Part shown: piece by piece, positions 10,586 through 20,858 of the stretch
Layout of the letters: each line of letters begins with the position of its first letter
Numbering within the stretch: position 1 is the first letter of the stretch
Assembly (NCBI GenBank): GCA_963706595.1
Contig: OY970166.1
Span: 1,248,001-1,312,000, forward strand
Source: an uncultured cyanobacterium
GTDB lineage: Bacteria; Cyanobacteriota; Cyanobacteriia; Cyanobacteriales; Nostocaceae
Reading direction: 5' to 3'
Length of the DNA: 64,000 nucleotides
Notes under the pieces: generated by a model
What the model saw: only the letters and a program-made list of their open reading frames with translations
Database searches by the model: none
Told to the model about the DNA's origin: nothing
Program-made: the position numbers and the translations under genes

Positions 10586-11224
10586 ATGACGACTTTCCCC
10601 GGTTCTCCTCGGCTGCTGAAAGGGGCGATTATTGCCCTGTCTCCAACTACCAATATGGTGGTGAATACAGTCTCCTTCCAATACAATCCAGAATCGCTCT
10701 CACGCACTCTCCAAGTGCAAGCATTGGAAAATGAAGGGGGCGCTCAAAGTGAGTCTTTGCGTCTGAAAGGAGCGCCAGTTGAAACTATTAAATTAGATGT
10801 AGAAATTGATGCCACTGACCAGTTAGAAAAGCAAGATCCTAATGCTATCCTTTTTGGTATTTACCCCCAACTTTCGGCGTTGGAAGTGCTGATTTACCCT
10901 AGAAGTAGTCAGGTACAGAGTAATATGACCCGCGCTGGACAGGGACAAATTGAAATTATTCCCCTAGAAGGATTTGTGACTTTGCTGGTTTGGGGATTCA
11001 ATCGGGTTTTACCAGTACGCTTAACGGATTTCAATATTACTGAAGAAGCCTATGATGTGAATCTGAACCCGATTCGAGCTAAAGTCTCTTTGGGGTTACG
11101 TGTCCTCAGCTATGATGATTTGCCTTGGGGTCAAAGAAGTTCTCGGTTATTTATGAGTTACCAGAAAAATAAGGAACGTATGGCTATGTTAGGTAGCATT
11201 GGTAACGTACGTAATATAGTTTAG
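10586..11224 (+). CDS. CIS tube-initiator-like protein (Afp7/Pvc7 N-terminal-like)
   Basis: FQYNPESLSRTL, LVWGFNRVLPVRLTDFNITEEAYDVNLNPIRAKVSLGL; first gene of a phage-tail-like operon. Confidence 0.75.
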   Translation: MTTFPGSPRLLKGAIIALSPTTNMVVNTVSFQYNPESLSRTLQVQALENEGGAQSESLRLKGAPVETIKLDVEIDATDQLEKQDPNAILFGIYPQLSALEVLIYPRSSQVQSNMTRAGQGQIEIIPLEGFVTLLVWGFNRVLPVRLTDFNITEEAYDVNLNPIRAKVSLGLRVLSYDDLPWGQRSSRLFMSYQKNKERMAMLGSIGNVRNIV

Positions 11225-11255
11225 ATGTCTTGTTTATTATCTATTCCAGTAAATT

Positions 11256-11546
11256 ATGTTTGATCATACTAGTCGTTATTACAATTTAGATACATCCCAA
11301 TTTACTACTGCTGATGGGCGTAAAATTGCTTATACACGTCGGCGTTTTTTGCCCCAGGGTAATAGTTTACCAGTTTTAGAGGAGGTGGTGGTGAAACAGG
11401 GCGATCGCTTGGATTTAATTACAGCCCAAACCCTTGGTGTTCCCGAACAATTTTGGCAGGTGTGTGATGCCAATAATGCCATGAATCCAGAGAGTCTGAC
11501 GGCTGAATTGGGTCAAAGAATCCGTGTACCAGTTCCCCAAGTTTAG
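11256..11546 (+). CDS. LysM-domain baseplate protein (gp53/tail X-like)
   Basis: VVKQGDRLDLITAQTLG...FWQVCDANN...GQRIRVP. Confidence 0.8.
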   Translation: MFDHTSRYYNLDTSQFTTADGRKIAYTRRRFLPQGNSLPVLEEVVVKQGDRLDLITAQTLGVPEQFWQVCDANNAMNPESLTAELGQRIRVPVPQV

Positions 11547-11552
11547 GAGACT

Positions 11553-12692
11553 GTGATGCCACTTGGTATTAATTTGACTGTATTAATTGGTGCAAATATC
11601 CCCAAACCGGCTCCGAGAATGCTCATAGAGGCGTTTGTGCAGGTGGAAGTGACTCACAGTGATGAAAAACCCTCTGGATTTCAGATTAACTTTCAGGTGG
11701 GAAGGTCTGGTAAAAGTGACCAACAAGACTATCAATTGATCAATAATCCCTTGCTTAAACCTGGGAATCGTCTCATTTTAATTGTGACTTTAAATGCTTC
11801 CGCCCATGTACTGATGGATGGGATTATTACTCATCAACAATTCTCTCCCAGTATGGAACTCGGTGGTTCGACATTTACGATCACTGGTGAAGATGTCAGT
11901 GTGATGATGGATTTGGAGGAAAAATCCGTAGAACATCCGGCTCAAGATGAAGCAATTATTGTCAATCAAATTATCTCTAGTTATGCCAAATATGGTTTAA
12001 TACCCAAAGTCATTAAACCGCCGTTAATTGATCGCCCTGCTATTAATGAACGGATACCAGTACAACAAAGTACTGATTTGGAATATCTGCAAAAGTTGGC
12101 GCAGCGTTTTGATTATGTCTTCTATGTGACACCGGGTCCAGCTTCTGGGAAAAATACCGCCTATTGGGGACCGCCGATGCGGAAAACCAGCCCACAAAAG
12201 GCGTTAACTGTGAATATGGGGACATACACTAACGTTGAATCAGTTAATTTTCAGCATAATGCTTTATCTCCTAGCACCGTAGCTGGTCGAGTTCAAGACC
12301 GCAAAAGTAATCAAGTTCAGTCAGTACAGGCTAAAAGTAGCGATCGCATTAATTTATCACAACAACCTGCACTGAATAACCAGAAACTCCTACGTAAAAC
12401 CCAATTTAGGGAAACTGGAAGGCAAACTTTACAAGCTGGGGCTAAGGCTCAAGCAATAGTTGATAATTCGACAAATCAGGTAGTAGAGGTTACAGGTAAA
12501 CTCAATACAATCCGCTACGGCGATTTATTAGAGTTGCGGGGTGTGGTGGGCTTGCGGGGGGTTGGTCAAACCTATGATGGTCTTTATTATGTGAAGTCTG
12601 TAACTCATACTTTGAAAAAGGGAGAATATCAGCAAAGTTTTACTATTATTCGTGAGGGTTTGGGGACGACTAAACGGGTTTTGAAGGTTTAG
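11553..12692 (+). CDS. Baseplate hub protein (phage late control D / VgrG N-terminal, gp27-like)
   Basis: ITGEDVSVMMD, QQSTDLEYLQKLAQR, GVGQTYDGLYYVKSVTH; position in operon. Confidence 0.78.
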   Translation: MMPLGINLTVLIGANIPKPAPRMLIEAFVQVEVTHSDEKPSGFQINFQVGRSGKSDQQDYQLINNPLLKPGNRLILIVTLNASAHVLMDGIITHQQFSPSMELGGSTFTITGEDVSVMMDLEEKSVEHPAQDEAIIVNQIISSYAKYGLIPKVIKPPLIDRPAINERIPVQQSTDLEYLQKLAQRFDYVFYVTPGPASGKNTAYWGPPMRKTSPQKALTVNMGTYTNVESVNFQHNALSPSTVAGRVQDRKSNQVQSVQAKSSDRINLSQQPALNNQKLLRKTQFRETGRQTLQAGAKAQAIVDNSTNQVVEVTGKLNTIRYGDLLELRGVVGLRGVGQTYDGLYYVKSVTHTLKKGEYQQSFTIIREGLGTTKRVLKV

Positions 12693-12778
12693 TTGGTTCG
12701 CGCAGAGTCGCGTACTTCGACTTCGCTCAGTAAACAGAGGCGCAGAGAGTTTTGAGGAGTTTTTTTTAGTAATTAGTT

Positions 12779-13582
12779 ATGCCACAATTTTTTGGGAAGT
12801 ATCGGGGTCAGGTTACTGCTAATCAAGATCCTTTGTTTTTAGGTCGGGTTCAGGTGAGTGTTCCGGCTATTTTTGGGGAGGGTCGGCAAAGTTGGGCTAT
12901 GCCTTGTACTCCTTATGCAGGTAAGGATATCGGCTTTTTTACGATTCCACCTGTAGGTACAAATGTTTGGGTGGAGTTTGAAGGGGGCGATCCTGATTAT
13001 CCCATTTGGACTGGTTGCTTTTGGGGAGAAAATGAACTTCCTCAAAATGCTAAGGTTAATGATCCTGCTAAAGTTCAGGTGTTTAGAACTGCGGGAATTA
13101 CTTTTACTTTAAGTAATTTGGGTGATAATAAAGGTTTGACTATTGAGGTGGAAAAACCGATTGTAGACAGACCTTTGAAGATGGTTTTTAATGCTGAAGG
13201 AATAGAAATTAATAATCAGGATGAGACTACTATAAAGTTAGCAGCAAATATGATTGAAGTTAAAAATCGTGATGCTTCTACTATTACGGTTAACCAAAAT
13301 GATATTCAGTTAAAAGAAAGTTCTATTGAAATTAAGTTGACCAACAATAGTATTGATTTAACTTGCTCTCCCGCAACTGTGAAGTTAACAACTTCTTCAG
13401 GAATTGAGTTAAGTAACTCGCCTGCTAAGGCCAAGATTACCGCCTCTGGAGTTGAACTTAGTAGCACTCCTGCAAGCGTCAAGGTATCACCGGGTGCTAT
13501 TGAATTAAGTAATGGTGCGGCTAATGTGAAGCTTTCACCTGTGAGTGTGAATGTCAACAATGGTGCTTTGGAGGTGATTTGA
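12779..13582 (+). CDS. Spike protein (baseplate assembly protein V / gp5 OB-fold plus beta-helix)
   Basis: FFGKYRGQV...DPLFLGRVQVSVP, PPVGTNVWVEFEGGDPDYPIWTGCFW; C-terminal KLT/GIELS beta repeats. Confidence 0.9.
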   Translation: MPQFFGKYRGQVTANQDPLFLGRVQVSVPAIFGEGRQSWAMPCTPYAGKDIGFFTIPPVGTNVWVEFEGGDPDYPIWTGCFWGENELPQNAKVNDPAKVQVFRTAGITFTLSNLGDNKGLTIEVEKPIVDRPLKMVFNAEGIEINNQDETTIKLAANMIEVKNRDASTITVNQNDIQLKESSIEIKLTNNSIDLTCSPATVKLTTSSGIELSNSPAKAKITASGVELSSTPASVKVSPGAIELSNGAANVKLSPVSVNVNNGALEVI

Positions 13583-13905
13583 TGCCAGGATTTTTATTGA
13601 ATGTCAACAGTGTAGTCTTATGCGCCCACGGTGGACAAGCTAAACCCACGGTTCCTAACCCCCGTGTCCGGGTGATGGGTGCGCCGGTCTGTACTCAGGG
13701 ACCGCCTTATGTGGTTGCAGGTTGTGCTAATCCACCTCCCCCGGCTAATGTTGGCCCTTGTATAGTAGGCAACTGGATTTTAGCGGCTTTGCGTGTCAAG
13801 GTGATGGGTTTGCCTGTATTGTTATTAGATAGCAAGGCTATCTGTGTTCCTACGGGTACTCCTCTGACGGTTGTCTTGTCTCAACCCCGTGTTAAAGGTA
13901 TGTAA
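13582..13905 (+). CDS. PAAR-like spike tip protein (DUF4280-like)
   Basis: VLCAHGG, GC...PC and C-terminal Cys pattern; ATG overlaps the spike stop (TGATG). Confidence 0.72.
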   Translation: MPGFLLNVNSVVLCAHGGQAKPTVPNPRVRVMGAPVCTQGPPYVVAGCANPPPPANVGPCIVGNWILAALRVKVMGLPVLLLDSKAICVPTGTPLTVVLSQPRVKGM

Positions 13906-13907
13906 TT

Positions 13908-14258
13908 ATGGATATTGCTTATCCTTTTCGCATTGATCAACGTGGACGTGTCGCCGCAGCGACTGAGAATGAGCATATTTTGCAGATGATTGAACAGCTG
14001 CTGTTTACTAGTCCTGGTGAACGGGTCAATCGTCCTGATTTTGGGAGTAATTTACAACAACTGATTTTTTCACCTAATAGTGATGAGTTGGGTGTTGCTA
14101 CTGAGTTTATTGTGAAGGGGGCTTTGGAACAATGGTTGGGTGATGTGATTGAGGTTGAGGCGGTGGTAATTTCTACGGTGGAATCTACTCTGCAATTGAA
14201 GGTTCAGTATGTGGTTTTACGTACTCAGCAGCGACAGATAGGGGAGTTTTCGCGATAG
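13908..14258 (+). CDS. GPW/gp25 baseplate wedge protein
   Basis: IEQLLFTSPGERVNRPDFGS motif. Confidence 0.92.
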   Translation: MDIAYPFRIDQRGRVAAATENEHILQMIEQLLFTSPGERVNRPDFGSNLQQLIFSPNSDELGVATEFIVKGALEQWLGDVIEVEAVVISTVESTLQLKVQYVVLRTQQRQIGEFSR

Positions 14259-14418
14259 CTAATTATCTATTTTTAATTATTGCAGTTATCGAACCGCCAA
14301 GTCGCCAAGAGCGCCAAGGGAAGAAAGAATTAAGTTCACACATAAATAAACCTAGTTGCTAAGTGCAAGTATGAGTTTGGATGACCACTAGGCGCGGAGA
14401 GTTAGAGTTGAGAAGTGT

Positions 14419-16935
14419 ATGAATACTCGATACCACAGTTTGATTAATCAGGCGGGAATTGAACAACGACGGGAAAAGGTTCGGACGACAAAGGGTGCAG
14501 ATGGTCAACCTGTTGTTAATGGTATTGATTATGTGGAGGTTTCAAAGGACAGACAAACTCTGAGTGTCCATTTTATCTATAATTTGCCTGGTGAGGAGGA
14601 TGGTGTCTCACTTGCGGGAAGTGTGCCTTTGAATCGGGAAAATGTGGTGATTCCAGGGAATGAACGACGACAAACTTTGTCTGTGGAGTCTGTATCTACT
14701 TTTGCGAATGTTCTGGTTGTGAAGGTGAGTGAGCCTAGTATATCTACTTATAGATTATATTTAGTCAATAATTTAAGTGATATATCTCAGCCTCCTCCTG
14801 GTTTTGATCCTCTGTTGTCACAAATTGAATTTTCTTTTCAAGTTAATGAGTTAAGTGAATTTGACCAAAAAATTCCAGCAGATTTACCACCAGCAGCGAC
14901 ACCAACGCCTCCAGTGATAGATTATTTGGCGAAGGATTATGCTAGTTTTCGTCAGTTGATGCTAGACCGTCTCACGGTGACGATGCCGAAGTGGCGAGAG
15001 CGTAATCCGGCGGATTTGGGGGTTATGCTGGTGGAGTTATTGGCTTATGCAGGCGATCGCCTGAGTTATTATCAAGATGCTGTGGCGACAGAGGCCTATT
15101 TGGGTACAGCCCGCAAACGGGTATCAATTCGCCGTCATGCGCGGTTACTTGATTATCTCATGCACGATGGTTGCAATGCCAGGGCTTGGGTAACTTTACA
15201 AGTTAGTTCTCAAGGTAATGGTAAGGTTTTACTCGGTTCCGGTGCGAATCGTCCTGGGATGAGATTTTTAACTAGGACAGAACAATTATCTGTAGATAAT
15301 CATCAAGCTTTAATTCAACAACAAGTGCAGGTATTTGAAACCATGCACGATATTACTTTATATGAGGCTCATAACGAAATTGAGTTTTATACTTGGGGTA
15401 ATGCAGAAGAATTTTTACCTTATTATTTAGCGGTCGGAACAACTCAAACAACGTTAAAAAATCATCAACTCAAACTTCAATCTGGGGATGTATTGATTTT
15501 TGAAGAAGTGCTGGGGAAAGAAAGTGGTATTAAAGCGGATGCTAATCCTGAACATCGTCATGCAGTGCGGTTAACTGCGGTGAAATTCAGCAGAGATGAA
15601 TTATTAAATCAGGAGATTGTGGAAATTCAATGGCATCAAGAAGATGCTTTACCTTTTCCTTTGTGGATTTGCAATATTGTTAACGGTAAACGCTACACTA
15701 ATATTAGCGTAGCACGGGGTAATGTGGTTTTAGTAGATCATGGCTGTACGGTGCAAGAAGAACTTCCAGAAGTGACAGCCAAAAATCGCTATCATCCCAG
15801 ATTAGAATTTGGACCTTTGACACATCAAGGTTTTGTGCGTTTCAATGTTCGCGAAGTTGACACCAAAGATATTACTATTAATAATCATCGTCAATCTGCT
15901 TTTGACCCCACTGCACCAGCGAGGGAAGCACTAAGTTGGGAACTAGGAGATGTGCGTCCTCAAATTTGGTTAGCAGAACAAGACGATTTGGATACAATAT
16001 ATTATTGGCAACCTCAAAGAGATTTACTCAATAGTGATAGTTTTGCGCGGGAATTTGTCGTGGAAACAGAAGACGATGAACGGGCTTATCTGCGATTTGG
16101 AGATAACAAATTAGGAAAAAAACCACAACCAGAAACTGATTTTTCGGCTATTTATCGCATTGGTAACGGTACTATTGGGAATGTGGGTGCAGAAGCCATA
16201 GCGTTACTTGATCCGCAAATCCCTGATTTAGCCAATTTGATTACTCAGGTACGCAACCCTTTACCAGCTACCGGAGGTATTGATCCTGAACCGATTGAAA
16301 AAGTCCGGCTGTATGCACCGCAAGCATTTCGGAACCAAAAACGGGCTGTAACTGCATCCGATTATGCTGATGTGGCTCAATTATATCCAGGAGTTCGTAA
16401 AGCCGTAGCCACGAGGCGGTGGACAGGTAATTGGTACACCATATTTATCACTGTAGATCGACAAGCTAATTTACCTGTTGATGATAGTTTCAAAGAGAAA
16501 TTAGGGGCTTTTTTAGAACGCTTCCGTTTAGCAGCCCAAGACGTAGCTATTGAAGCTCCGATTTTTGTCCCTTTAGATATTATCTTAGATGTACAAGTAG
16601 CAGAGGATTATTTTGCCAACAATGTACAGCAAGAATTACAAACATTTACCTTTAGTAATAAAATTTTACCTGATGGGAAATTAGGATTTTTTCACCCAGA
16701 TAACTTTTCATTTGGTCAACCTGTATACTTAAGTCAAGTGATTACAGCAGCCATGCAAGTTCCTGGTGTAGTTTCTGTGAATCCTCAACGTTTTCAGCGT
16801 TGGGGAAAACCGCCACAGAACGAACTGGAAACAGGTGAAATTAATTTTGGGCGTTTGGAAATTGGTATTTTAGATAATCACCCCAGCGCACCACAAAATG
16901 GCAGAATTTCTTTTGAAATGTCGGGAGGATTTTAG
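14419..16935 (+). CDS. Baseplate J-like protein 1 (Afp11/12-like)
   Basis: IDYLAKDYASFRQLMLD, DLGVMLVELLAY, EAYLGTAR, LRFGD...G, YRIGNGTIGNVGA, RAVTASDYA. Confidence 0.9.
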   Translation: MNTRYHSLINQAGIEQRREKVRTTKGADGQPVVNGIDYVEVSKDRQTLSVHFIYNLPGEEDGVSLAGSVPLNRENVVIPGNERRQTLSVESVSTFANVLVVKVSEPSISTYRLYLVNNLSDISQPPPGFDPLLSQIEFSFQVNELSEFDQKIPADLPPAATPTPPVIDYLAKDYASFRQLMLDRLTVTMPKWRERNPADLGVMLVELLAYAGDRLSYYQDAVATEAYLGTARKRVSIRRHARLLDYLMHDGCNARAWVTLQVSSQGNGKVLLGSGANRPGMRFLTRTEQLSVDNHQALIQQQVQVFETMHDITLYEAHNEIEFYTWGNAEEFLPYYLAVGTTQTTLKNHQLKLQSGDVLIFEEVLGKESGIKADANPEHRHAVRLTAVKFSRDELLNQEIVEIQWHQEDALPFPLWICNIVNGKRYTNISVARGNVVLVDHGCTVQEELPEVTAKNRYHPRLEFGPLTHQGFVRFNVREVDTKDITINNHRQSAFDPTAPAREALSWELGDVRPQIWLAEQDDLDTIYYWQPQRDLLNSDSFAREFVVETEDDERAYLRFGDNKLGKKPQPETDFSAIYRIGNGTIGNVGAEAIALLDPQIPDLANLITQVRNPLPATGGIDPEPIEKVRLYAPQAFRNQKRAVTASDYADVAQLYPGVRKAVATRRWTGNWYTIFITVDRQANLPVDDSFKEKLGAFLERFRLAAQDVAIEAPIFVPLDIILDVQVAEDYFANNVQQELQTFTFSNKILPDGKLGFFHPDNFSFGQPVYLSQVITAAMQVPGVVSVNPQRFQRWGKPPQNELETGEINFGRLEIGILDNHPSAPQNGRISFEMSGGF

Positions 16936-16986
16936 TATTTTGCATTTATAGGGATTCCCAGGTTAATAGGTATATAAAGATTAGTC

Positions 16987-17016
16987 GAACGCAGATGAAC
17001 GCAGATGAACGCAGAT
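16987..17016. repeat. 10-bp tandem repeat (GAACGCAGAT)x3
   Basis: Read directly; related (CGCCGATAAA)x3 at 57779-57808. Confidence 0.85.
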
Positions 17017-17051
17017 AAGTATAGATAAAAATTCGTCTACTTGGTTTTATA

Positions 17052-20000
17052 ATGAATCCCACCGATAAACCGCCACAAATTTATAATCGTCCTGGTTTAC
17101 CAACACTGGCTTACCGTATTGGTGATTGGGCTAGTTTCCTCGATCGCCTATTAGCTAATTTACCGCGATATGCAAATAATGTCACTAATACTGCCCCCTT
17201 GGCAAAGTTGACAACTCGTGCTGTTGATGATCCGGCGATCGCCATTTTAGATGCTTGGGCGGTAATGGCTGATGTCCTGACTTTTTACCAAGAACGCATT
17301 GCCAATGAGGGTTTTATCGAGACTGCTACCGAACTGAGGTCTGTATTAGAATTAGCTAGGGCGATTGGTTATGAACTTGATCCCGGTGTAGCTGCGAGTA
17401 CCTATTTAGCCTTTACCGTCGATGATGCGCCCGGTAGTTTGGGAATGGCTACAGTCCCTGCTGGTACACAAATTGTCAGTATTCCGGGGGAAGATGAACT
17501 TCCGCAAACCTTTGAAACCAGTGCTGAAATTATCGCTCGTGTACAGTGGAATCTACTTAAACCTAGACAGACAAGACCTCAAGAAGTTAATAGTGATACT
17601 AAACTTTTATATTTGCAGGGTATAAATACGCAACTGCAAGCAGGCGATCGCATCTTATTAATTGACAATATTCCTCAAGAAAATGTTTGGTATCTTCTCA
17701 CCTTAGCAACAGTAGAGACAAATGCAGGTATGGGTTATACGCAAATTACCTGGGAACAGCAGTTACCATCGGAAATTTCTAGTCCCCTCCAAAATCCCCA
17801 AGTTTTCGCCTTTCGCCAACTAGTCGCTTTATTTGGTTATAATGCCCCCAAATGGCAAGATATGCCCAATGAAATTAAACGTGATTATCAAGGTACAATT
17901 AAAGGCGGCATTTTTCGCGGTAGTAATAATAGTAATTGGACAGCGATTAACGCAGGTTTACCAACAATTGATATTCGTTGTTTAGCCGTAAATCCAACTA
18001 ATAATTACTTGTTTGTCGGGACATCAGGCGCAGGTATTTTTCGCTCTACAGATAACGGTAATAACTGGAAATCTGTCAATATTGGGATTACAAATCTAAC
18101 TATTCAAACCCTATATATTGATGCACGGGGATATATTTTAGCCGGAACTCCTGGCGGTGGTGTATATAGTTCTAAAGATTATGGTGAAAATTGGACTCCC
18201 ATTAATTTGGGCAGCGTGCGGGTAGAATATACAGGTGAGAATAATACAAATGTCAATACTATTAATACAGCTTTACCTAACACCGTTATTCGTTCTTTAG
18301 TCAGTTATTATATTACTTCCACTAATAATTCAACAGAAATACCAGATAATTCAGATACGACAGAAATACCAGATAATTCAGATACAACAGAAATACCAGA
18401 TAATTCAGATACAACAGAAACTATAAATTATATATTTGCTGGGACAGATGATGGGATTTATTTATCCTCAGATCAAGGAAAAAACTGGACGGCTAAAGGC
18501 TTAATTGGTAAAGTGGTAATGTCTCTACTGATTTATCAAACTGAAAATAATTACTATATATTCGCTGGAACTGATGATAGAATTTATCGCTCTTCAGATA
18601 ACGGAGATAATTGGGAACCTCAAAAATTAAACTATCAAGTTAATTCCCTAATTAATTTTACCATTCAAAATGTAATATATATAATTGCTGGTACAGAAAA
18701 TGGTATTTTCTCTTCTATCAATCACGGTAAAAAATGGGTGGAAATTAGCTCAAATACCCAGACAAAGACTTTAGCCTATAATTCAGATAGCCAATACTTA
18801 TTATCAGGAAGTAAAAACGGGATTTTTCGCCATGAGAAAAATCAAAATACTGATACATGGACTACAGTTAAAATTGACATTGGCGTAGATGTAAATATTA
18901 CCACAATTATTGGTACAGCTAACAACTTCTTTGCTGGTAGTACCTTTGCTGGATTTGTAGAAGATGCACAACAAGAATGGCCTGACTTTGAAATTTCCAA
19001 TCAGGGAATAGATTTAGACAATATTTATCTTAAAATTCTGCCCAAAAGCTGGATAGTCTTATTAACAGAAGATGGACAAAGCGCAAAGCCTTGTCTAGTT
19101 GAAAGTTCATTAAATGTCACACGTCGAGACTTTGGATTAAATAATAAAATTACTCGGATTGTATCAGCAGATAGTGTAAATTCCAGTGATTTTAACCTGC
19201 GTCAAACGATAGTTTTATCTCGAAGTGAAATTTTAAATTTAGCCGATGAAACCTTGAGTATTGAAATTCAACAACAAAAAATATTCAATGATCCGATTCG
19301 AGAAAATCAGATTTATTTGAGTGAGTATGTATCAGGGTTAGAACCTGACAAAACAATCATCGTTAGTGGTAAGCGCATACGTGCCAAAATGGAGAAAGCT
19401 GGCATTTTAATCTCACCTGACGGCTTGTCATGCGTTAAATTGAAAATTGGCGACTTACTACAATTGCTGTCACCACCAAAATCCCAAATATGGAACTTAC
19501 GGGATAGAAACGGATTTGAAGGATTTGTAGAAGTATTTCCACCAGAAGATAATATTAGTTTACAACCAGCCGCAATAGATGATGAAATCGTTAGTGAAGT
19601 TTGTGTAATCAAAACACCACCAAATGACCAATTACAACCGATTCTGACTTTAACTAAAGCATTACAAAACAGCTATGATCCTGCAACAACTGTGATTTAC
19701 GCCAATGTGACTTCTGCAACTCATGGTGAGACAATTGAGGAAGTTTTAGGAAGCGGTGATGGTACTTTAACTAATCAGACTTTTATATTAAATAAACCAC
19801 CACTTACTTACATTTCCGCAACTACTCCTAGTGGTGCTAAGACTACTTTAGAATTATTTATTGATGGTGTACGTTGGCAAGAAGTCCCTTCATTATATGG
19901 ACTGAATCACCTGGATCAAAATTATATTACTCGCATTGATGACGATGGCACAACTACCATTACCTTTGGAGATGGTGAAAAAGGCGCACGTTTACCCAGT

Positions 20001-20774
20001 GGTTTAGAAAACATCATGGCGCGTTATCGTAGCGGTATTGGGTTAGCCGGAGAAGTTGCACAGGATAGTTTGAGTTTGCTGAAAACTCGACCTTTGGGAA
20101 TTCGGGAAGTGACAAATCCCGTACCTGCAACAGGCGCAGCTGCCAGAGAAGCATTGAATGAAGCCCGAACCAGCGCACCGTTGACTGTTCGTACCTTGGA
20201 TAGAATTGTTTCTCTGCAAGACTTTGAAGATTTTAGCCGGGCTTTTTCTGGTATTGGTAAAGCCAAGGCGGAAGTGATACCTAATCAGTCCATTCCCATT
20301 ATTTATATTACCATTGCGGCTGTGAATGGGAAAGCAGTAACGCCAGATTCTCAACTTTACACCAATTTAGTGCAAGCGATCGCCGATAGTCGCGCCCCGG
20401 AACAAATAGATGTGCAAATCGGTAGCTATCAACCATTGCTGTTTAATTTGGAGGCTAAAATTTTGATAGATTCTCGACGGGAAGTCAAACCAGTATTAGC
20501 AGAAATTCGCACCGCATTACAGGAAACATTCTCCTTTGAAAGGCGGAGTTTTGGACAATCTGTGACTACTTCAGAGGCTATCGCTGCTATCCAGAATATC
20601 ACAGGTGTGGTTGCAGTTGATTTAGATGCACTTTATCTCTCCTCTCGCGCCAAAACTTTGGAATCATCCCTAGCAGCAGCTACAGCAACTTGGGATGAAC
20701 GACAGACTAAAATTTTACCAGCACAGTTATTATTACTCAATCCTCAAGGTATCATTTTAGTTAATCAATTTTAA
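17052..20774 (+). CDS. Baseplate J-like protein 2 with inserted Asp-box beta-propeller
   Basis: DVLTFYQERIANEG, THGETIEEVLGSGD, FGDGEKGARLPSG, TLDRIVSLQDFEDF; internal SxDxGxNW repeats. Confidence 0.88.
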   Translation: MNPTDKPPQIYNRPGLPTLAYRIGDWASFLDRLLANLPRYANNVTNTAPLAKLTTRAVDDPAIAILDAWAVMADVLTFYQERIANEGFIETATELRSVLELARAIGYELDPGVAASTYLAFTVDDAPGSLGMATVPAGTQIVSIPGEDELPQTFETSAEIIARVQWNLLKPRQTRPQEVNSDTKLLYLQGINTQLQAGDRILLIDNIPQENVWYLLTLATVETNAGMGYTQITWEQQLPSEISSPLQNPQVFAFRQLVALFGYNAPKWQDMPNEIKRDYQGTIKGGIFRGSNNSNWTAINAGLPTIDIRCLAVNPTNNYLFVGTSGAGIFRSTDNGNNWKSVNIGITNLTIQTLYIDARGYILAGTPGGGVYSSKDYGENWTPINLGSVRVEYTGENNTNVNTINTALPNTVIRSLVSYYITSTNNSTEIPDNSDTTEIPDNSDTTEIPDNSDTTETINYIFAGTDDGIYLSSDQGKNWTAKGLIGKVVMSLLIYQTENNYYIFAGTDDRIYRSSDNGDNWEPQKLNYQVNSLINFTIQNVIYIIAGTENGIFSSINHGKKWVEISSNTQTKTLAYNSDSQYLLSGSKNGIFRHEKNQNTDTWTTVKIDIGVDVNITTIIGTANNFFAGSTFAGFVEDAQQEWPDFEISNQGIDLDNIYLKILPKSWIVLLTEDGQSAKPCLVESSLNVTRRDFGLNNKITRIVSADSVNSSDFNLRQTIVLSRSEILNLADETLSIEIQQQKIFNDPIRENQIYLSEYVSGLEPDKTIIVSGKRIRAKMEKAGILISPDGLSCVKLKIGDLLQLLSPPKSQIWNLRDRNGFEGFVEVFPPEDNISLQPAAIDDEIVSEVCVIKTPPNDQLQPILTLTKALQNSYDPATTVIYANVTSATHGETIEEVLGSGDGTLTNQTFILNKPPLTYISATTPSGAKTTLELFIDGVRWQEVPSLYGLNHLDQNYITRIDDDGTTTITFGDGEKGARLPSGLENIMARYRSGIGLAGEVAQDSLSLLKTRPLGIREVTNPVPATGAAAREALNEARTSAPLTVRTLDRIVSLQDFEDFSRAFSGIGKAKAEVIPNQSIPIIYITIAAVNGKAVTPDSQLYTNLVQAIADSRAPEQIDVQIGSYQPLLFNLEAKILIDSRREVKPVLAEIRTALQETFSFERRSFGQSVTTSEAIAAIQNITGVVAVDLDALYLSSRAKTLESSLAAATATWDERQTKILPAQLLLLNPQGIILVNQF
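18333..18420 (+). repeat. 27-bp intragenic tandem repeat x3 (TEIPDNSDT)
   Basis: ACAGAAATACCAGATAATTCAGATAC[G/A] at 18333, 18360 and 18387. Confidence 0.9.
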
Positions 20775-20823
20775 ATCTCACGCAAAGGCGCAAAGGAAGA
20801 AAGAAATCAGTACAAATCTTCTT

Positions 20824-20851
20824 CCCCACTCCCCACTCCCCACTCCCCACT
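20824..20851. repeat. STRR heptamer (CCCCACT)x4
   Basis: Read directly; similar arrays at 36635-36661 and ~62700-62733. Confidence 0.85.
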
Positions 20852-20858
20852 CACCAAC

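Noticed and set aside
10439..10707. ORFs with GAGGRGAG-like low-complexity sequence (also 32172-32462, 62475-62822, 39819-40098, 9388-9579)
   Set aside because: Translations of STRR or MITE DNA, not credible proteins
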